Source: the human T2T-CHM13v2.0 reference genome, Homo sapiens
Assembly (NCBI RefSeq): GCF_009914755.1
Contig: NC_060931.1
Reading direction: 5' to 3' (one strand)
DNA length: 64,000 nucleotides
Part shown: one piece after another, positions 1 through 18,080 of the stretch
Numbering within the stretch: position 1 is the stretch's first letter
Layout of the letters: each line of letters begins with the position of its first letter
Position numbers and translations under genes: made by a program
The notes under the pieces: generated by a model
What the model saw: the letters and a program-made list of their open reading frames with translations, nothing else
Told to the model about the DNA's origin: nothing
Database searches by the model: none

Positions 1-473
1 ATTCTTAACCTGAATTAAGGCTGGAGGCCAATGCTGGAGTTATCTACTCTTGCAGAGGCAGATAGTTTTTTCTTCCCTTCATTAATTTCCTAGCTGACCA
101 GGCTTCCAGTTTTCATTGTCTCTGTCTGGGGCTTTTATTTAAGGTTCTGCTGGGTACCCAGCCCCTTTTTATGGTTCATTCTTTTTTGTCTGTAATCATT
201 GCAAGTTCCTCAGCTTAGTATTTCTTCATTATACACAGCAGTGTTGGCTTGTTTGCTTCAGAACTTCCAGAATCTCTTCACTGCTTTTGGCTGCTGGTGG
301 AGTGGTGGTTTGAATTTTATTATTTATATAGTTTGTATATTTTATAGCTTTCTACCAGCAAATTGAATTTAGTTTTATTTGTACATTTCTGTGATCTTTT
401 CAAAGAGATTTGGAGAAGGAAGAGAGGTAACTATATTTGCTTAGGCAGTCACCTTGTTAGGGAGTTTGTTCCC

Positions 474-818
<345 letters not shown>

Positions 819-844
819 TAACCAATAACGGCATTTCTCAGTTA

Positions 845-2575
845 TGGACTGAATGTGAGGACACTGTGAGAAGGCAGCCATCTACCAGGCCAGAAGAGGG
901 CCCTCACCAGCACCTGAGCATGCTTTGAAGTCAGGTGGATGCTGGCACCCTGCTCTTGGGCTTCCTACCTATATTAGTCCTTTCTCACACTGCTATGAAG
1001 AACTGCCGGAGTCTGGGTAATTTATAAAGATAAGAAGTTTAATTGACTCACCGTTCTGCATGGCTTGGAAGGCCTCAGGAAACTTACAATCATGGCAAAA
1101 GGCAAAGGAGAAACAGGAAACTTCTTCCCGAGATGGCAGGAGAGAGAATGCATGCAAGCAGGGGAAATGCCAGATGCTTATAAAACCATCAGATCTCATG
1201 AGACTCACTCATTATCATGAGAACAGCATGGGGGAAACTGCCCCCATGATCCAATTATGTCCACCTAGTCCTGCCCTTGACACATGGGGACTTCAATTCA
1301 AGATGAGATTTTGGGTGGGGACACAGCCAAACCATATCATCCCACCCCTGACCCCTCCCAAATCTCATGTCCTCACATTTCAAAACACAATAATGCCTTT
1401 CCAATGTCCCTCAGAGTCTTAGCTCATTCCAGCATTAACCCCAAAGTTCAAGTCCAAAGTCTGATCCGAGACAAGGCAAGTCCCTTCCGCCTATGAGCCT
1501 GTAAAATCAAAAGCAAATTGGTTACTTCCTAGTCACAATGGGGGTAGAGGCATTGGGTAAATACACCCTTTGCAAATGGGAGAAATTGGCCAAAACAAAA
1601 GGGCTACAGGCCCCATGCAAGTCTAAATTCAAAATGGATTTTGCAAATTTTCCAAACTTTTATGTTCTGCTTCCCTTTTAAATGTAAGTTTCAATTCCAT
1701 GTTTTATCTTTGTGAATACATAAAACTGAATGCTTTTAATAGCATCCAAGTCACATAGTGAATGCTTTGCTGCTTAGAAATTTCTTCCACTAGATACCCT
1801 AAATCATCTCGCTGAAGTTCCAAGTTTCACAGATCTCTAGGGCAGGGGCAAAATGCTGCCAGTCTCTTTGATAAAACATAGGAAGAGTCACCTTTATTCC
1901 AGTTCCCCACAAGTTCCTCATCTCCGTCTGAGACCCCCTCAGCCTGGACTCATTGTCCATATTACTATCAGCATGTTGGTCAAAGCCGTTCAACAAGTCT
2001 CTAGGAAGTTTCAAACTTTCCCACATCTTCCTGTCTTTTTTTTTTTGAGCCCTCCAAACTGTTCCAACCTCTGCCTGTTACCCAGTTCCCAAGTCGCTTC
2101 CACATTTTCAGGTATCTTTACAGCAGCACCCCACTACCTGGTATTAATATACTGTATTTGCCTGTTCTCATGTTGCCATAAAGAACTGCCCGAGACTGGG
2201 TAATTTATAAAGAAAAGAGGTTTAATTGACTCACAGTTTCCCATGGCTGGGGAGGCCTCAGGAAACTTACAATCATGGTGGTAGGCATCCTTCACAGGGT
2301 GTCAGCAGAGAGAATAAGTGCAACCAGGGGAAATGCCAGATGCTTATAAAACCATCAGATCTTGTGAGACACCCTCATTATCACGAGAACAGCATGGGGG
2401 AAACCGCTCCCATGATCCAATTACCTCCACCTGGTCCCACCCTTGACATGTGGAGATTACAATTCAAGATGAGATTTTGGGTGGGGACACAGCCAAACCA
2501 TAACACTAGCCTTCAGATCTGTGAGAAACAAATGTTTACTCTTCAAGCCACCCAGTCTATGGCATTGGTGTAGCT
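845..2575 (+). mobile_element. MLT1-type MaLR LTR, split by a THE1 provirus (pieces ~845-969 and ~2506-2575)
   Basis: GTGAGGACACTGTGAGAAGGCAGCCATCT...GCTGGCACCCTGCTCTTGGGCTTC resumes after the insertion as ...CTTCAGATCTGTGAGAAACAAATG...AAGCCACCCAGTCTATGG. Confidence 0.7.
970..2505 (-). mobile_element. THE1D-like MaLR provirus: LTR 970-1339, shortened internal region, LTR 2153-2505
   Basis: Two similar LTRs ending ...CAGCCAAACCATA(T/A)CA (reverse complement of TGATATGGTTTGGCTG); THE1-int sequence between them; 5-bp TSD CTACC/CTAGC. Confidence 0.9.
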
Positions 2576-3119
2576 CACTAATATCCACTCTATGCTTTCT
2601 CAGATTTCTAAAGTGTTGGCCTACATTATGTGTTCTTCATGTCTCCAACTTTTTTATTTCTTCTTCAAATAATTCCTGTTTTCAGTATTTGGAAAAGCTC
2701 TTCCTACCTCCACCATTCCTTTAATGAAAATGATGGCTGTAATCATCCTCTTCTGACCCCACTCTATAAAAACACTACAAACTCTTCTGCAAATATTTAT
2801 TATCTTACAAATTGGACTTACCTTTCTAGTCAGAACAACAGCACTTGCAATCATTATTTTTCTTTTTTTCCAGTTTTTAAGAAAACGTTAGATTTATCAT
2901 GAATATAGAAAACAAGGACTGACATTTTTGTACAGCACACAGTATAGTCAGATTTAATATACTGAAATATACTGATCCTGACACTGGTTTTTGTCTATTT
3001 TCAAATTTCTTTTTATTTCACCTTTATTGGGAATCTTTATTTCGCCTCATGTTTCTATACTTCAGTTTTCTCATTTGTAGAATTGGAATATTGGATTATG
3101 TTCTGTCCTAGAATTAACA

Positions 3120-3372
3120 CAATAATAGCAATATCATTATCACCAGTAACTTATATTTGTGTAGCATTTTACTATTTACAAAAGACTTCTGTATGTTAGC
3201 AATTAAACTCAATATCCTTGAAAGCCAAAGATTGTAATTAATCATTTTAGAAATAAGAGAAATAAGCCTTAAGTAATTTGTACAAGGGAGAAAATTTGGT
3301 ATGTGGTGGAGCTAAGATTAAAACTTAAGATCTCTGATTCCAAATTTCATGTTCTTTCTACCATGCCACAGT
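3120..3372 (-). mobile_element. MIR fragment
   Basis: Degenerate MIR core (...CATTTTAGAAATAAGAGAAATAAG...TCTCTGATTCCAAA...TCTACCATGCCACAG). Confidence 0.55.
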
Positions 3373-3501
3373 GTTTTCTTATTTGGGAGATCAGGGATAT
3401 ATCTATTTTTTTCCCTATTATTCTATCATTTAATGACTTTTTAAATGCCAGACTGCTCTCTTTATAAAACGATGCAAAATGTATTGTACATGTGGCTCAT
3501 C

Positions 3502-3814
3502 TTTATTGTTATTGTTGTTTTTTTAGAGACAGGGTCTCCCTCTATCACCCAGGCTGGAGTGCAGGGGTGCAATCATAGCTTACTGCAGCCTCAAATCTCC
3601 TGGGCTCAAATGATCCTCCCGCCTCAGTCTCCCTCTTGAGTAGCTGGGACTACAGGCTTGTGCCACCATGCCTGGCTAATTTATTTTTATTTTCAGTAGA
3701 TACGGGGTCTCACTATGTTGCCCAGGCTGGTCTCCAAGTCCTGACCTCAAGTAATCCTCCTGCTTCAGCCTCCCAAAGTGCTAGGATTACAGGAGTGAGC
3801 AACCATGCCCAGTC
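3502..3814 (-). mobile_element. Alu (AluJ-type)
   Basis: AGAGACAGGGTCTC...ATCATAGCTTACTGCAGCCTC, AluJ-diagnostic motifs. Confidence 0.9.
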
Positions 3815-4360
3815 TACACATGGTTTACCTTAAGCCATTTCCAAAAAAAAAAAAAAAACTAATTCTACTTTCAAAAAGAGACTTCCAATAAACATGTGGG
3901 AAATCGCTACTGCTGTACTTAACACAGTCCTTCTCCATCGAAAGTGAGGAGTTTCCAAATTAGGGAAAAGGTGCCAAGATCACCACCACAAAGAGGGGAT
4001 GGCAGGGATTCGAAGGAAGTGAGACTGGGTTGGCACTGTGATATGACTTCCAGATTAGCTTTCTAACCCCAGAAAAGCCCAAAGAGCTCTAGAGATTGAA
4101 GAGAGACACCAAAAGATGCAGTTTTGTGACCAGAATGGGCACTGGTTTTGAAGCCAGATGAACCTGGGTTCACACCCTGCTCCCTCTCCTCTGACAAGCT
4201 GAGTAAACATGCTCGACTTTGCTGACCTCTTAGAGTCTAGGTTTTTTGATTTGCAAGATACCTACTACATGTGGCAAGGGGGAGGTGAAAATGCCATAAA
4301 TGTATAAAAAGCACCAAATTCAATGTCAAGAGTGTTGATAATATCTAATAACATGTCTGG

Positions 4361-5365
4361 TGTGATACTGTGATATAAGAAATATATTTGGTGTCTGCCC
4401 CCTGGTTCCTTGCACAAAACTCTCATAGATATGGGCTCTAGAAGAATCTTTTGTTCTGATATTTGGGTTTTGACCCCAGCTGCTGACAGAGTTCCTAAGA
4501 CCTTTATAATTTCTTTAATGATAGGAACAACTGACACAGTTCCTAAATCCCCTGGAATTTTTGGCTGACAGGAACATCTTTTGTTCTAATGAAGTGACTC
4601 TCAGTGGGCTCCTGGATGGCCTCTGGTTGGGGTTGGCTGCCCCCCAACCCCATGTGATTGGGGAACCAACCATGTGATTAGAAGGTTGGAACTTTAGGTT
4701 CTGTCCCCTGGCCACTGAGGTAGGGAGGAGGACTGAAGATTAAACTGATCACCAATGGCCAATGATTTAATCAGTTGTGCCTACATTATGAGGCTTCCAT
4801 AAAACCTCTAAAAGACTAGGTATGGGGAGCTTCAGGATAGCTGAATGTGTGGAGGTTCCTGAGGATGGTGCACTCAGAGAGGGCCTGGAAGCTCTGCATC
4901 TCTTCTGTCATACCTCACCCTATGCACCTCTTCCACCTGGCATAGGTGGAACATTACAAAGCTGTTCATGTGTATCCTTTGTAATATCCTCTATGATAAA
5001 TGGGTAGATGTTAGTAAAGTGTTTCCCTGAGTTGTACGAGCCACTTGAGCAAACTAATTGAAACCAAGGAGGGGATCATGGGAACCCCAAATTACAGCCA
5101 ATCAGAAGTACAGGTCACAATCTGAGACTTGCCATTTGCATGTGAAGTGGGCACAGCGTTGTGAGATTGAGCCCTTAATCTGTGAAATCTGTTGCTATCT
5201 CCAGGTAGATAATGTCAGAATTGACTTAGAGGACACTAAGCTGGTGTCTGCTGGAAAATTGCTTGGTTTGTGGGGAAAAACCCACATCTGGGGTTAGAAG
5301 TGTCGTATTGAGTGGCCGTGTAAGAGTTGAGGGAAAATAAAAACAGTTGTTTTTTTCTTCTTACA
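4361..5365. mobile_element. Solo LTR, MER21C-like
   Basis: TG...CA termini (TGTGATACTGTGATATAAGAAATATATTTGG ... TTCTTACA); perfect 5-bp TSD TCTGG at 4356-4360 and 5366-5370. Confidence 0.8.
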
Positions 5366-5569
5366 TCTGGCTATACATTCAATCTGGTAGGTATACCAGA
5401 TAGCAACTGAAACTAGATTATGTAATCTCTGCACCCATTAACAATTCTACCATTTAAAAATTATTCTGGACTACGATTTAAAAAAAATATTTTAAGTGCT
5501 ACCAATGTGCTGATATAAACAATGTCAAATTTAATGCTTTAACTTGAGAAATCCATACTTGCATTGAAG

Positions 5570-5670
5570 AAATTCACCCACTTAATAAATATTTGCTGAG
5601 CATCTACTGGAGCTCAGTGCTGAGGAATAAGACAAGTATTTTCTCAGCCCTCATGGAGTTTATATTTTAT
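5570..5670 (-). mobile_element. L2 3' end fragment
   Basis: ATTCACCCACTTAATAAATATTTGCTGAGCATCTACT...CCCTCATGGAGTTTATATT. Confidence 0.6.
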
Positions 5671-6574
5671 TTACACTTTCACTTAATTGTCTAAATAAAT
5701 AAAGCATGAATGCAATTTTTAGAAAATCTTACCATTGATAAGTCAAAATTTACTTTTAACTTTGGTATAAACTTCCCTTGACAACACTAACTCCCACAAG
5801 AATAACAAGGCAATAGATAAGTTTGGCAGAGCAACTATTTATGTCCTGTCTTCTGTGTTGCCAGGGTGATGGTAGCAATATTGAAAACATTGGAGGTGGT
5901 TGTTATTGGCAAGGATCCCGACTTTCATTTCCAAATGGAAGGACTGTAAAAAGCAAAATGTAGGCTGGGATGTGGGCAGTAGACTGGCTATGGCTATACA
6001 TAAACTGGATGAATGGATTATTGATGATTAACCAAATGTGTATGCTATTGTTGTTAATGTAGCACTCATAGGCAATATTTCCTTAATGATATTCAAAAAT
6101 CTATGAAATTTTAGGGATTACATCAAATATTTTGGTTTTCTTTGAAAAGCTAAGCCCTATCATTGTATGCTTTCAAAAATTGTGATTTTGTGGCTTTTTT
6201 TTTTGCCCATTTTCTCTTCCTCTCCTTTCTTTTGATGGAAAATAATTCAAAGGCATACTGAGCTTTTGGTCTCTCCACCAAAGAAGAATTGAAATGTTGC
6301 CACAGTATAAGTTTGGCTGCTAAAGAATTTTTTTAAACATTGAAATATATATTCTAAAGGAAATAAATGATTACATACTAACCCTGAAAAGAAAAAGTCA
6401 TTTGTTAGGACTGCTAAATTGGAACGCACCACATGCATTCAGACATGTGAGCCAGAGGGAATTGGTGGTGATTTTTTCTCTCTTGCCAACTTCATTCAGT
6501 GAATCTCTAACTCCAAGCCAACTAGCACATTGTTACCGAATTAATGAAAACAACAACAATAAACTCCTTGTGAA

Positions 6575-11732
<5,158 letters not shown>

Positions 11733-12184
11733 GTATCTCATGTCCTTCTCTACTTAAAAACTTCAATCCTTATCCACTCTTTGTGGAAAGTATCCAAATA
11801 ATTAGCATGATATTAATGGATCTATATAACAATAAATACCTTACAATTATAGAAGCATCTTTTATTTTTCCATAAACTCATTCAGCTTGCAAATTAATTT
11901 ACTCTTAATCCAGTATATTTAGCAGCACACATACGTTTTCTTACATTTCTCTCCTAACTTGTTTACTAAAATTTATCTTCCTTCAAATTCTCATTCTTAT
12001 TCTCCTCTAATATGATAAACCTCCTATGATTATCCAACAAGAATTGATCTCTTTCTCACTTAAACTAGCATTTCTGTTTCTGTAGTATCACGTGAACCTC
12101 TTCAACACTATTCAATTTCAACTCAACATTGATGACTCTCTCCCCCAATTTGCATCATTGAGTACTGAACCCAATAATATGTCA

Positions 12185-12485
12185 GTACTCAGAATATATA
12201 TTGAGTACTGAACCATGGGCCAATCATTGTGTTAGGCACTGGAGTGAGGTATAAAAACACAATCTTTGTCTTAATGAACCTTATATCTTAGGATTTAAGT
12301 AATCATTAAACAAATCAACCCTAAACTATAAAAATCTCAACTGATCAGTTTGATAAAGAGAAGCATGTGTTATGCTATTACAGGAGAATTTATCTGGTTT
12401 GAGGGTTAAGGAAAGCTAGCTATAGAAGTGACACTTGAGGTGGTATCTAAAGGATGAACTGACATTAAATGTGATGGGGAGGAAT
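12185..12485 (-). mobile_element. L2 fragment (abuts an opposite-strand L2 remnant at ~11735-12200)
   Basis: ATATATTGAGTACTGAACCATGGGCCAATCATTGTGTTAGGCACTGGAG...GAAGTGACACTTGAGGTGGTATCTAAAGGATGA. Confidence 0.55.
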
Positions 12486-12809
12486 ACTGGTGACATGGTG
12501 TGTCAGTATGTCTGTTGCCAAACTGGCAACTAGTAAGGGAATGGAGCCCCTACTCCTTCTTACAGGGAGCATTAGTAGCTGACAGATTCTAATGGAGTTT
12601 CCCCCTCACTTTACTTAGGAGATGGAGGAAGCACCTTGGGAATAGGGAATTACCCTCATCAAAGAACACACTTTCCTTTCCATAGGGGCTCACCGCACCC
12701 ATCCCTTTGAGTGTGTCTTTTCTAGTCCCCAGTTTTCTATACACACACTTACACACACAGAGATTTGAGAGGATGATTGGATTAACTATGAGAAAAATAA
12801 CAACGAAAT

Positions 12810-13150
12810 ATAATACATTTATTGAATACATACCAGGGCCCAGGCACATTTCTATTTGTTTACATCTATGTTGGCATTTAATCTGCACAATCACCCTACG
12901 GAGCATTTTTTTTTTTTTAAAGCACAGAAAATACCTAGACTTACAAAATCCTGATATAAGCACCATTGAACATTTACCATGGATTAAATATAACTGTTAT
13001 ATACACTTTTTATAGTTATTATGCTCATTTTACTGAGGGACAGGGAGATGAAGTGACTTGTTCATGGTTACATAGCTACTGTGGCCAGAACAGCATTTGA
13101 ACCAGGCTGATTCAATACAGTACTTGTGCTATTAACCACTCTGTTGCTTT
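12810..13150 (-). mobile_element. MIR fragments
   Basis: ACATTTATTGAATACATACCAGGGCCCAGGCAC; CTGAGGGACAGGGAGATGAAGTGACTTG...TTAACCACTCTG. Confidence 0.6.
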
Positions 13151-13727
13151 CTAGGACTGATTATGACCCTGCTTAATAAATCTTGCAGGGAGGCTTCTGA
13201 CCTCTATTTTTGGGGTATCTGTTTAGAAAGTGGGTGCTTAGAAGCTCTTTGTTCACAGCTTTGAGTTCTAATCACTAATTCTGGGTAACAAAAAATTTGC
13301 ACTCATCATTTTATTATGTATGAGACATTTTCCATCATTCAACACATTTCTGGGTTTTTGTCTTTTCAGGGTAATAGATGCTGATAAATGCATGTTATGG
13401 AATATTAAAAATAAAATATGATTAGGAATATGTGCTTTGTGGATAATGTATTATTTTGGATAATTACAGAATTACTAACTTCCATTAATTTGGAATGGTA
13501 AGAATGAACTGAACTATAGTAAAAAACTGAACTATAGTAAAAGAAGAATATATATATGTAAATATATATATTCATCAAGAATGAATGAGTAAATATCACC
13601 AACATCATTTTGCTGGCAAGAACATCAGCATAATGCACAGCATTTCAGTTAGAGATGTGCCTTGTAGAAAAATAATCTTGCCACACTCTTACAGATTCCT
13701 TTGTCATTATGCGAAAAATGTAGAAGC

Positions 13728-13918
13728 AGCATGGTTTTAAACAGGTCCTGTACTGAATTCTAAAAAAGGATTTCCCTAAAGGAGCATAAGGGTGTTAGTA
13801 ACACCTCAAAACCCTACGCAAAATTTGTGTTAATTTGTGTACATGTGTTTTACTGGGAGAAAGAGTTCATTGCTCTAAGTTTCTGGAATGGTTCCCCCAA
13901 AAGGTTAAGAAATGCTGT
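13728..13918. mobile_element. hAT-Charlie MITE (MER112-like)
   Basis: Ends CCCCCAAAAGGTTAAGAAATGCTG; internal TGTGTTTTACTGGGAGAAAGAGTTCATTGCT. Confidence 0.45.
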
Positions 13919-14764
13919 TGCAGCATAGCGACATACTTATCAACACTAAACAAATCTAAGACACTATATTCATTCATAATTATAAGAAAAGCATTCATCA
14001 TTCTCTATTAAATAAAAAAACATAATGTATAAAGATAGACTAATAAAGCATTAAAATAAGCATTGATTTACACACCTTTGTTATGAATGAAGTCAAGATG
14101 AGCCTCAGGCAGATTGATCCCGTGGAACTGATTTCCTGGCAGCAAAATTTTCCCTGTATCAGCAGCTGATTTTTGCTTTTTTCCTTTATTCTTATATCTT
14201 TTTAGTTGAGGTGATTTCAAGTGAGATAAAGTTCTGAGATCTAATTTTTCTTAAGGTTAAATGTTCGGTTTAAGGTTAAATGTTAAATAAAAAATCCTGA
14301 AACCTGTTACATTCCCCCTCAAATCTAATTTTCAGAAGGTATAATTATTGAAGTCTCAGTCATAGCAGAGATAACAGAATAATCTGATAGATAGTCATCT
14401 TCATAGCACAAAACTGGTACTTATTCTTAGGTAATGTTAAAAGGTTCATTTATAATAATATTGTTGGTTTTTGAGATTATTTTGTCATCTACTAATTTGT
14501 ATGACTGAGGAAAAATAAATTTGTCTTAGAATCGAAAGCAAAAATGTAAAAGTAATATATACATATACACAAGATAAGGAATACATTTTAAAATAATTTT
14601 AATACATGATATGTTAATGTCAAACTTCACAGATGACACTCATTAATGAAATTTCAGAAAAATAGACCAACCTAGACAATATACCAGAGATAATATATTT
14701 GCCTTATTTCTATTTCTGAATAATCTGAATAATATAATACTCAAAATGTCTTTTTTTTCCCCCA

Positions 14765-15725
14765 AACTTTAGGATTGCTTTTCTGTGAAGAATGTCATTG
14801 GGATTTTGATAGGGATTGTATTGTATCTGCAGATTGCTTGGGTAGTATAGACATTTTAACAATATTAATTCTTCTAATCCATGAGCACAGGATATCTTTC
14901 CATTTATTAATATCTTCTTCAATTTCCTTTATCAATGTTTTATAGTTTTCATTATAAAGATACTTCATTTCTTTGGTTAAATTTATTCCTAGGTATTTTA
15001 TTTTGCTGTAGCTATTGTAAATGGGATTTCTTTTTCATATATTTTACTGTTGTATATAGAAATACTACTGATTTTTGTATGATTTTGCATTCTGCAACCA
15101 TACTGAATTTGTTCATTAGTTCTAACAGTCTCTTGGTGGAGTCCGTAGGGTTTTCTATACAGAAGATAATGTCATCTGCAAACAGGAACACTTTTACTTG
15201 CTCCTTTTCAATTTGGATGCCCTTTATTTCCTTCTCTTGCCTAATTGCTTTGTCTACGAGTTCCAGTACTATATTAAAAAGAAGTGGTAAAAGTAGACAA
15301 CCTTGTCTTCTTCCCAATTTTAGAGAAAAAGCTTTTAACTTTTCCCTGTTCAGTATTATGTTAACGCTGGGTTTGTCATATATGGCCTTTATTGTGTTGA
15401 GATACGTTCCTTCTACATATAATTTGTTAAGGATTTTTACCATGAAGTCAAGTTGAATTTTATTGAATGCTTTTCCTGTGTCTATGGAGATGATCATATT
15501 ATTTTTGTACTTCTATTAATGTAATGTAATGCAAATCAGTGTTTAGTGATTTGCATATGTTGAGCCATCTTTGCATCCCTAGGATAAATTCCTCTTTAAC
15601 CTAATGGATGATCTTTTTGATGTGCTGTTGAATTCACTTTGTTAGTAGTTTGTTGATGCTCATCACGGATATTGTCCTGTAGTTTGCTATTTTTGTTATG
15701 TGCTTGTCTGGTTTTGATATCATGG
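14765..15725 (-). mobile_element. Older L1 (L1PB/L1MA) ORF2 RT fragment
   Basis: ORF 15012-15497 contains IISID, RQGC, LFADD RT motifs. Confidence 0.9.
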
Positions 15726-15730
15726 AAATT

Positions 15731-15857
15731 TATTTTATTTTTTACATCTACAGATAAAATTATATATATTTACTATATACAACATGATGTTTTGAAGTAT
15801 ATATACATTGTGGAATTACTACATTTGGCTAACATGCATTATCTCACATAGTTATCA
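15731..15857 (-). mobile_element. L1MA-type 3' end fragment
   Basis: ACAGATAAAATT...ACAACATGATGTTTTGAAGTATATATACATTGTGGAAT...CACATAGTTATCA. Confidence 0.7.
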
Positions 15858-16020
15858 ATATACATATTTCAAAATAAACAAAATCTAAGATGTGTTTTTT
15901 AGCAAAACTTATTTCTGCCAAAAGGATTTCAATTAGTATCATTTAAAGATTTTGCTGAGGAAAAAAAAGTTTTCAAACTTAAATGCTGAAAGCAATGATA
16001 CTCTTTTATTCTGTAATTTT

Positions 16021-18080
16021 TTCTTTTTTTTAACCATACCAGACAGATGTGTTTTATTAAAAAAGAAACAAAATAATAACCTTTAATCAGAAAGTCTGAT
16101 TAAATTCAATATTAACTCAAACTCTTAAAAATTTTCTGGAAAAGTCAAAAGGGCACATCACAGAAAAGCAGGCAGCTGCTGACAATTCTTTGGTGGAAAA
16201 GTAAGTTGCATACTTACCCAAGCTGCCCAAATGATTATCAAGCCAAGTTTGTTTTTCAAAAATAGGTTTTAAGAGATATCAAAGAAATGATACAATACAA
16301 AAATTTAACAATATGACAATACACATAATGTTTAAAATAAGCCTTTAAATCCTAGAAAACTAAAATGGGAAGAACTTACTGAAGGGTAACATACATAAAA
16401 TAACGCCTAATAGCAAGGAAAAATTCTAAACATTTTCCCAATGACTGACTAAGCTTCAAAATACAGCTTAGAAAACGATTAACATGTAGTTTTCCTTTTT
16501 TCCTAGCCGATTCAGTTCTACTTAGATAAATCTGGCTACCAATCAAGACATATATAAATTAATTTTTTTTCTACTCAATTACTACCATTTTTTTCTTTTT
16601 CACCTTTTCCCTAATTTTCTCTAGTAACACTTTTCCTTTGGTTTGATCAGTTGAACTCAAAAGGTTTAGTACCTAAAATGAGTATCAACTGTTATTGGAA
16701 TAGCACTTGGGAAATGCCATTCTAGAAAACGCAAATGTTTAACCGAGGTATTTGACATAAAGTTAAGCATCCATTCTCAACATGACAATGTCTCCCGTGT
16801 TAATCACGAGGTTAATGGCTGCTCTTGGCTAGATTACATGACCCTGCATAATACTGTAATGCTCCCTGGTGAGGTACTGCAGAGCTATGTGCACAAACAC
16901 CTACTCATTTAAGCGTTCAATAAATAGGAAGCATCATTTGAAACCATTGCAGTAGAATAAATTAAAAATAATGCATTTCTATTGGCCTGCTTTGCTTCTT
17001 GAGCTGGCTTGGAGTGCTGTTTGTGACATAGAAGACACAATTAGTTAATTAGTGGCAACTTCAAGCTCTTTAGACTTCAACACTTCTCGTTCTTCATGCC
17101 TCAGCATTTTTTTTTGCAGTAATAATGGTATTCTTCATTAGCATCACCACTGTTTTGGGGCCAACACCTCCAGGAACTGGAGTGATATAACCAGCTTTTT
17201 GTCTGACTCCTTCAAAATCCACATCTCCAACTAACTTGGGTTTGCAGTTACGGGATCTTGAACTCTATTTATTCCCACATTAATGATGGCTGCTCCTTCC
17301 TTGATCATATGTGCTGTGATGAGATTTGGAATGTCTGCAGCAGATATTACAATATCTGCAAGAATGGTATGTTTCTTCAGCTGCTCTTTGGGAGTGTATC
17401 CATGAGATATTGTAACAGTAGCATCACCTCTGGGACCTTCATGCGCCCCATCTGTGTGCAGTAACATTGCAACTGGCATTTCAACATTTTTTGACCTTCC
17501 AGCCACAACCACACTCTTCCCTAGGGTGGGAATGCCAGTTTGCTTAATTATTTCCCACACACCCCATGGGGCAGCTGGTAACGTGGAATACTGGTCCAAA
17601 CACATTTGCCCTACATTAATTACATAAAAGTCATCGACATCCTTGTCTGGAGAAAGGCATTACAGGTCTTTCTGTCATCAATATGCCTGGAAGAGGCAGC
17701 TGAATAAGGCCATCTACATTATTATTCAGTTTATTGATTAAATTCAACAATTCTTCCTCTGAAATTGAAGCTGGTTTCATAATCGTCTCACCATTGATAA
17801 CCACATCTGCAGCTGCCCTGGTTTTGTTGAGGACATGAGTTACTTGCAGGATTCTCGCTGACCAGGTTCATGCTCAGGTATAGCCATTTGTTACCTGAGG
17901 CCACCCACTCTTCCACCTCCTGCCGCACTTCCTGCTTGATCTGCTGGGCCAGTTTCCTTCCAGAAATGACAACAGCTTCATTTCGAACTGCCCCGAGGTG
18001 GAAGGGGTGAGGGTGGAGGGAGCAGCGCTGACATGAGGAAGCGGCTGCCATAGCCTGGGCGTTGACCTCGCCAGGAGGAC
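16021..18080 (-). pseudogene. MTHFD2P: Processed pseudogene of MTHFD2 (mitochondrial bifunctional methylenetetrahydrofolate dehydrogenase/cyclohydrolase); CDS remnant 18051->17045 plus ~1 kb 3' UTR
   Basis: Translations match MTHFD2 (VRNEAVVISGRKLAQQIKQEVRQEVEEWVASGNK; PWGVWEIIKQTGIPTLGKSVVVAGRSKNV; C-terminal EREVLKSKEL.VATN*). Intronless; frameshifts near ~17835 and ~17245; AATAAA at 16058-16053; poly(A) 16021-16031; TSD TATT[C/G]TGTAATTTT at 16007-16020 and 18081-18094. Which numbered paralogue it is cannot be determined here. Confidence 0.96.

Noticed and set aside
1-460. Possible HAL1/L1M 5' remnant on the minus strand
   Set aside because: Too degenerate to call from sequence alone
993-2573. 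Pairs of similar ORFs (e.g. KPSDLMRLTHYHENSMGETAPMIQL)
   Set aside because: Both derive from the two THE1 LTRs, not from duplicated genes
12515-12531. Palindrome GTTGCC-AAACT-GGCAAC resembling an RFX X-box
   Set aside because: The 5-bp spacer exceeds the canonical spacing and there is no promoter context
17045-18051. Functional MTHFD2 gene
   Set aside because: Intronless with poly(A) and TSD, and carries multiple frameshifts
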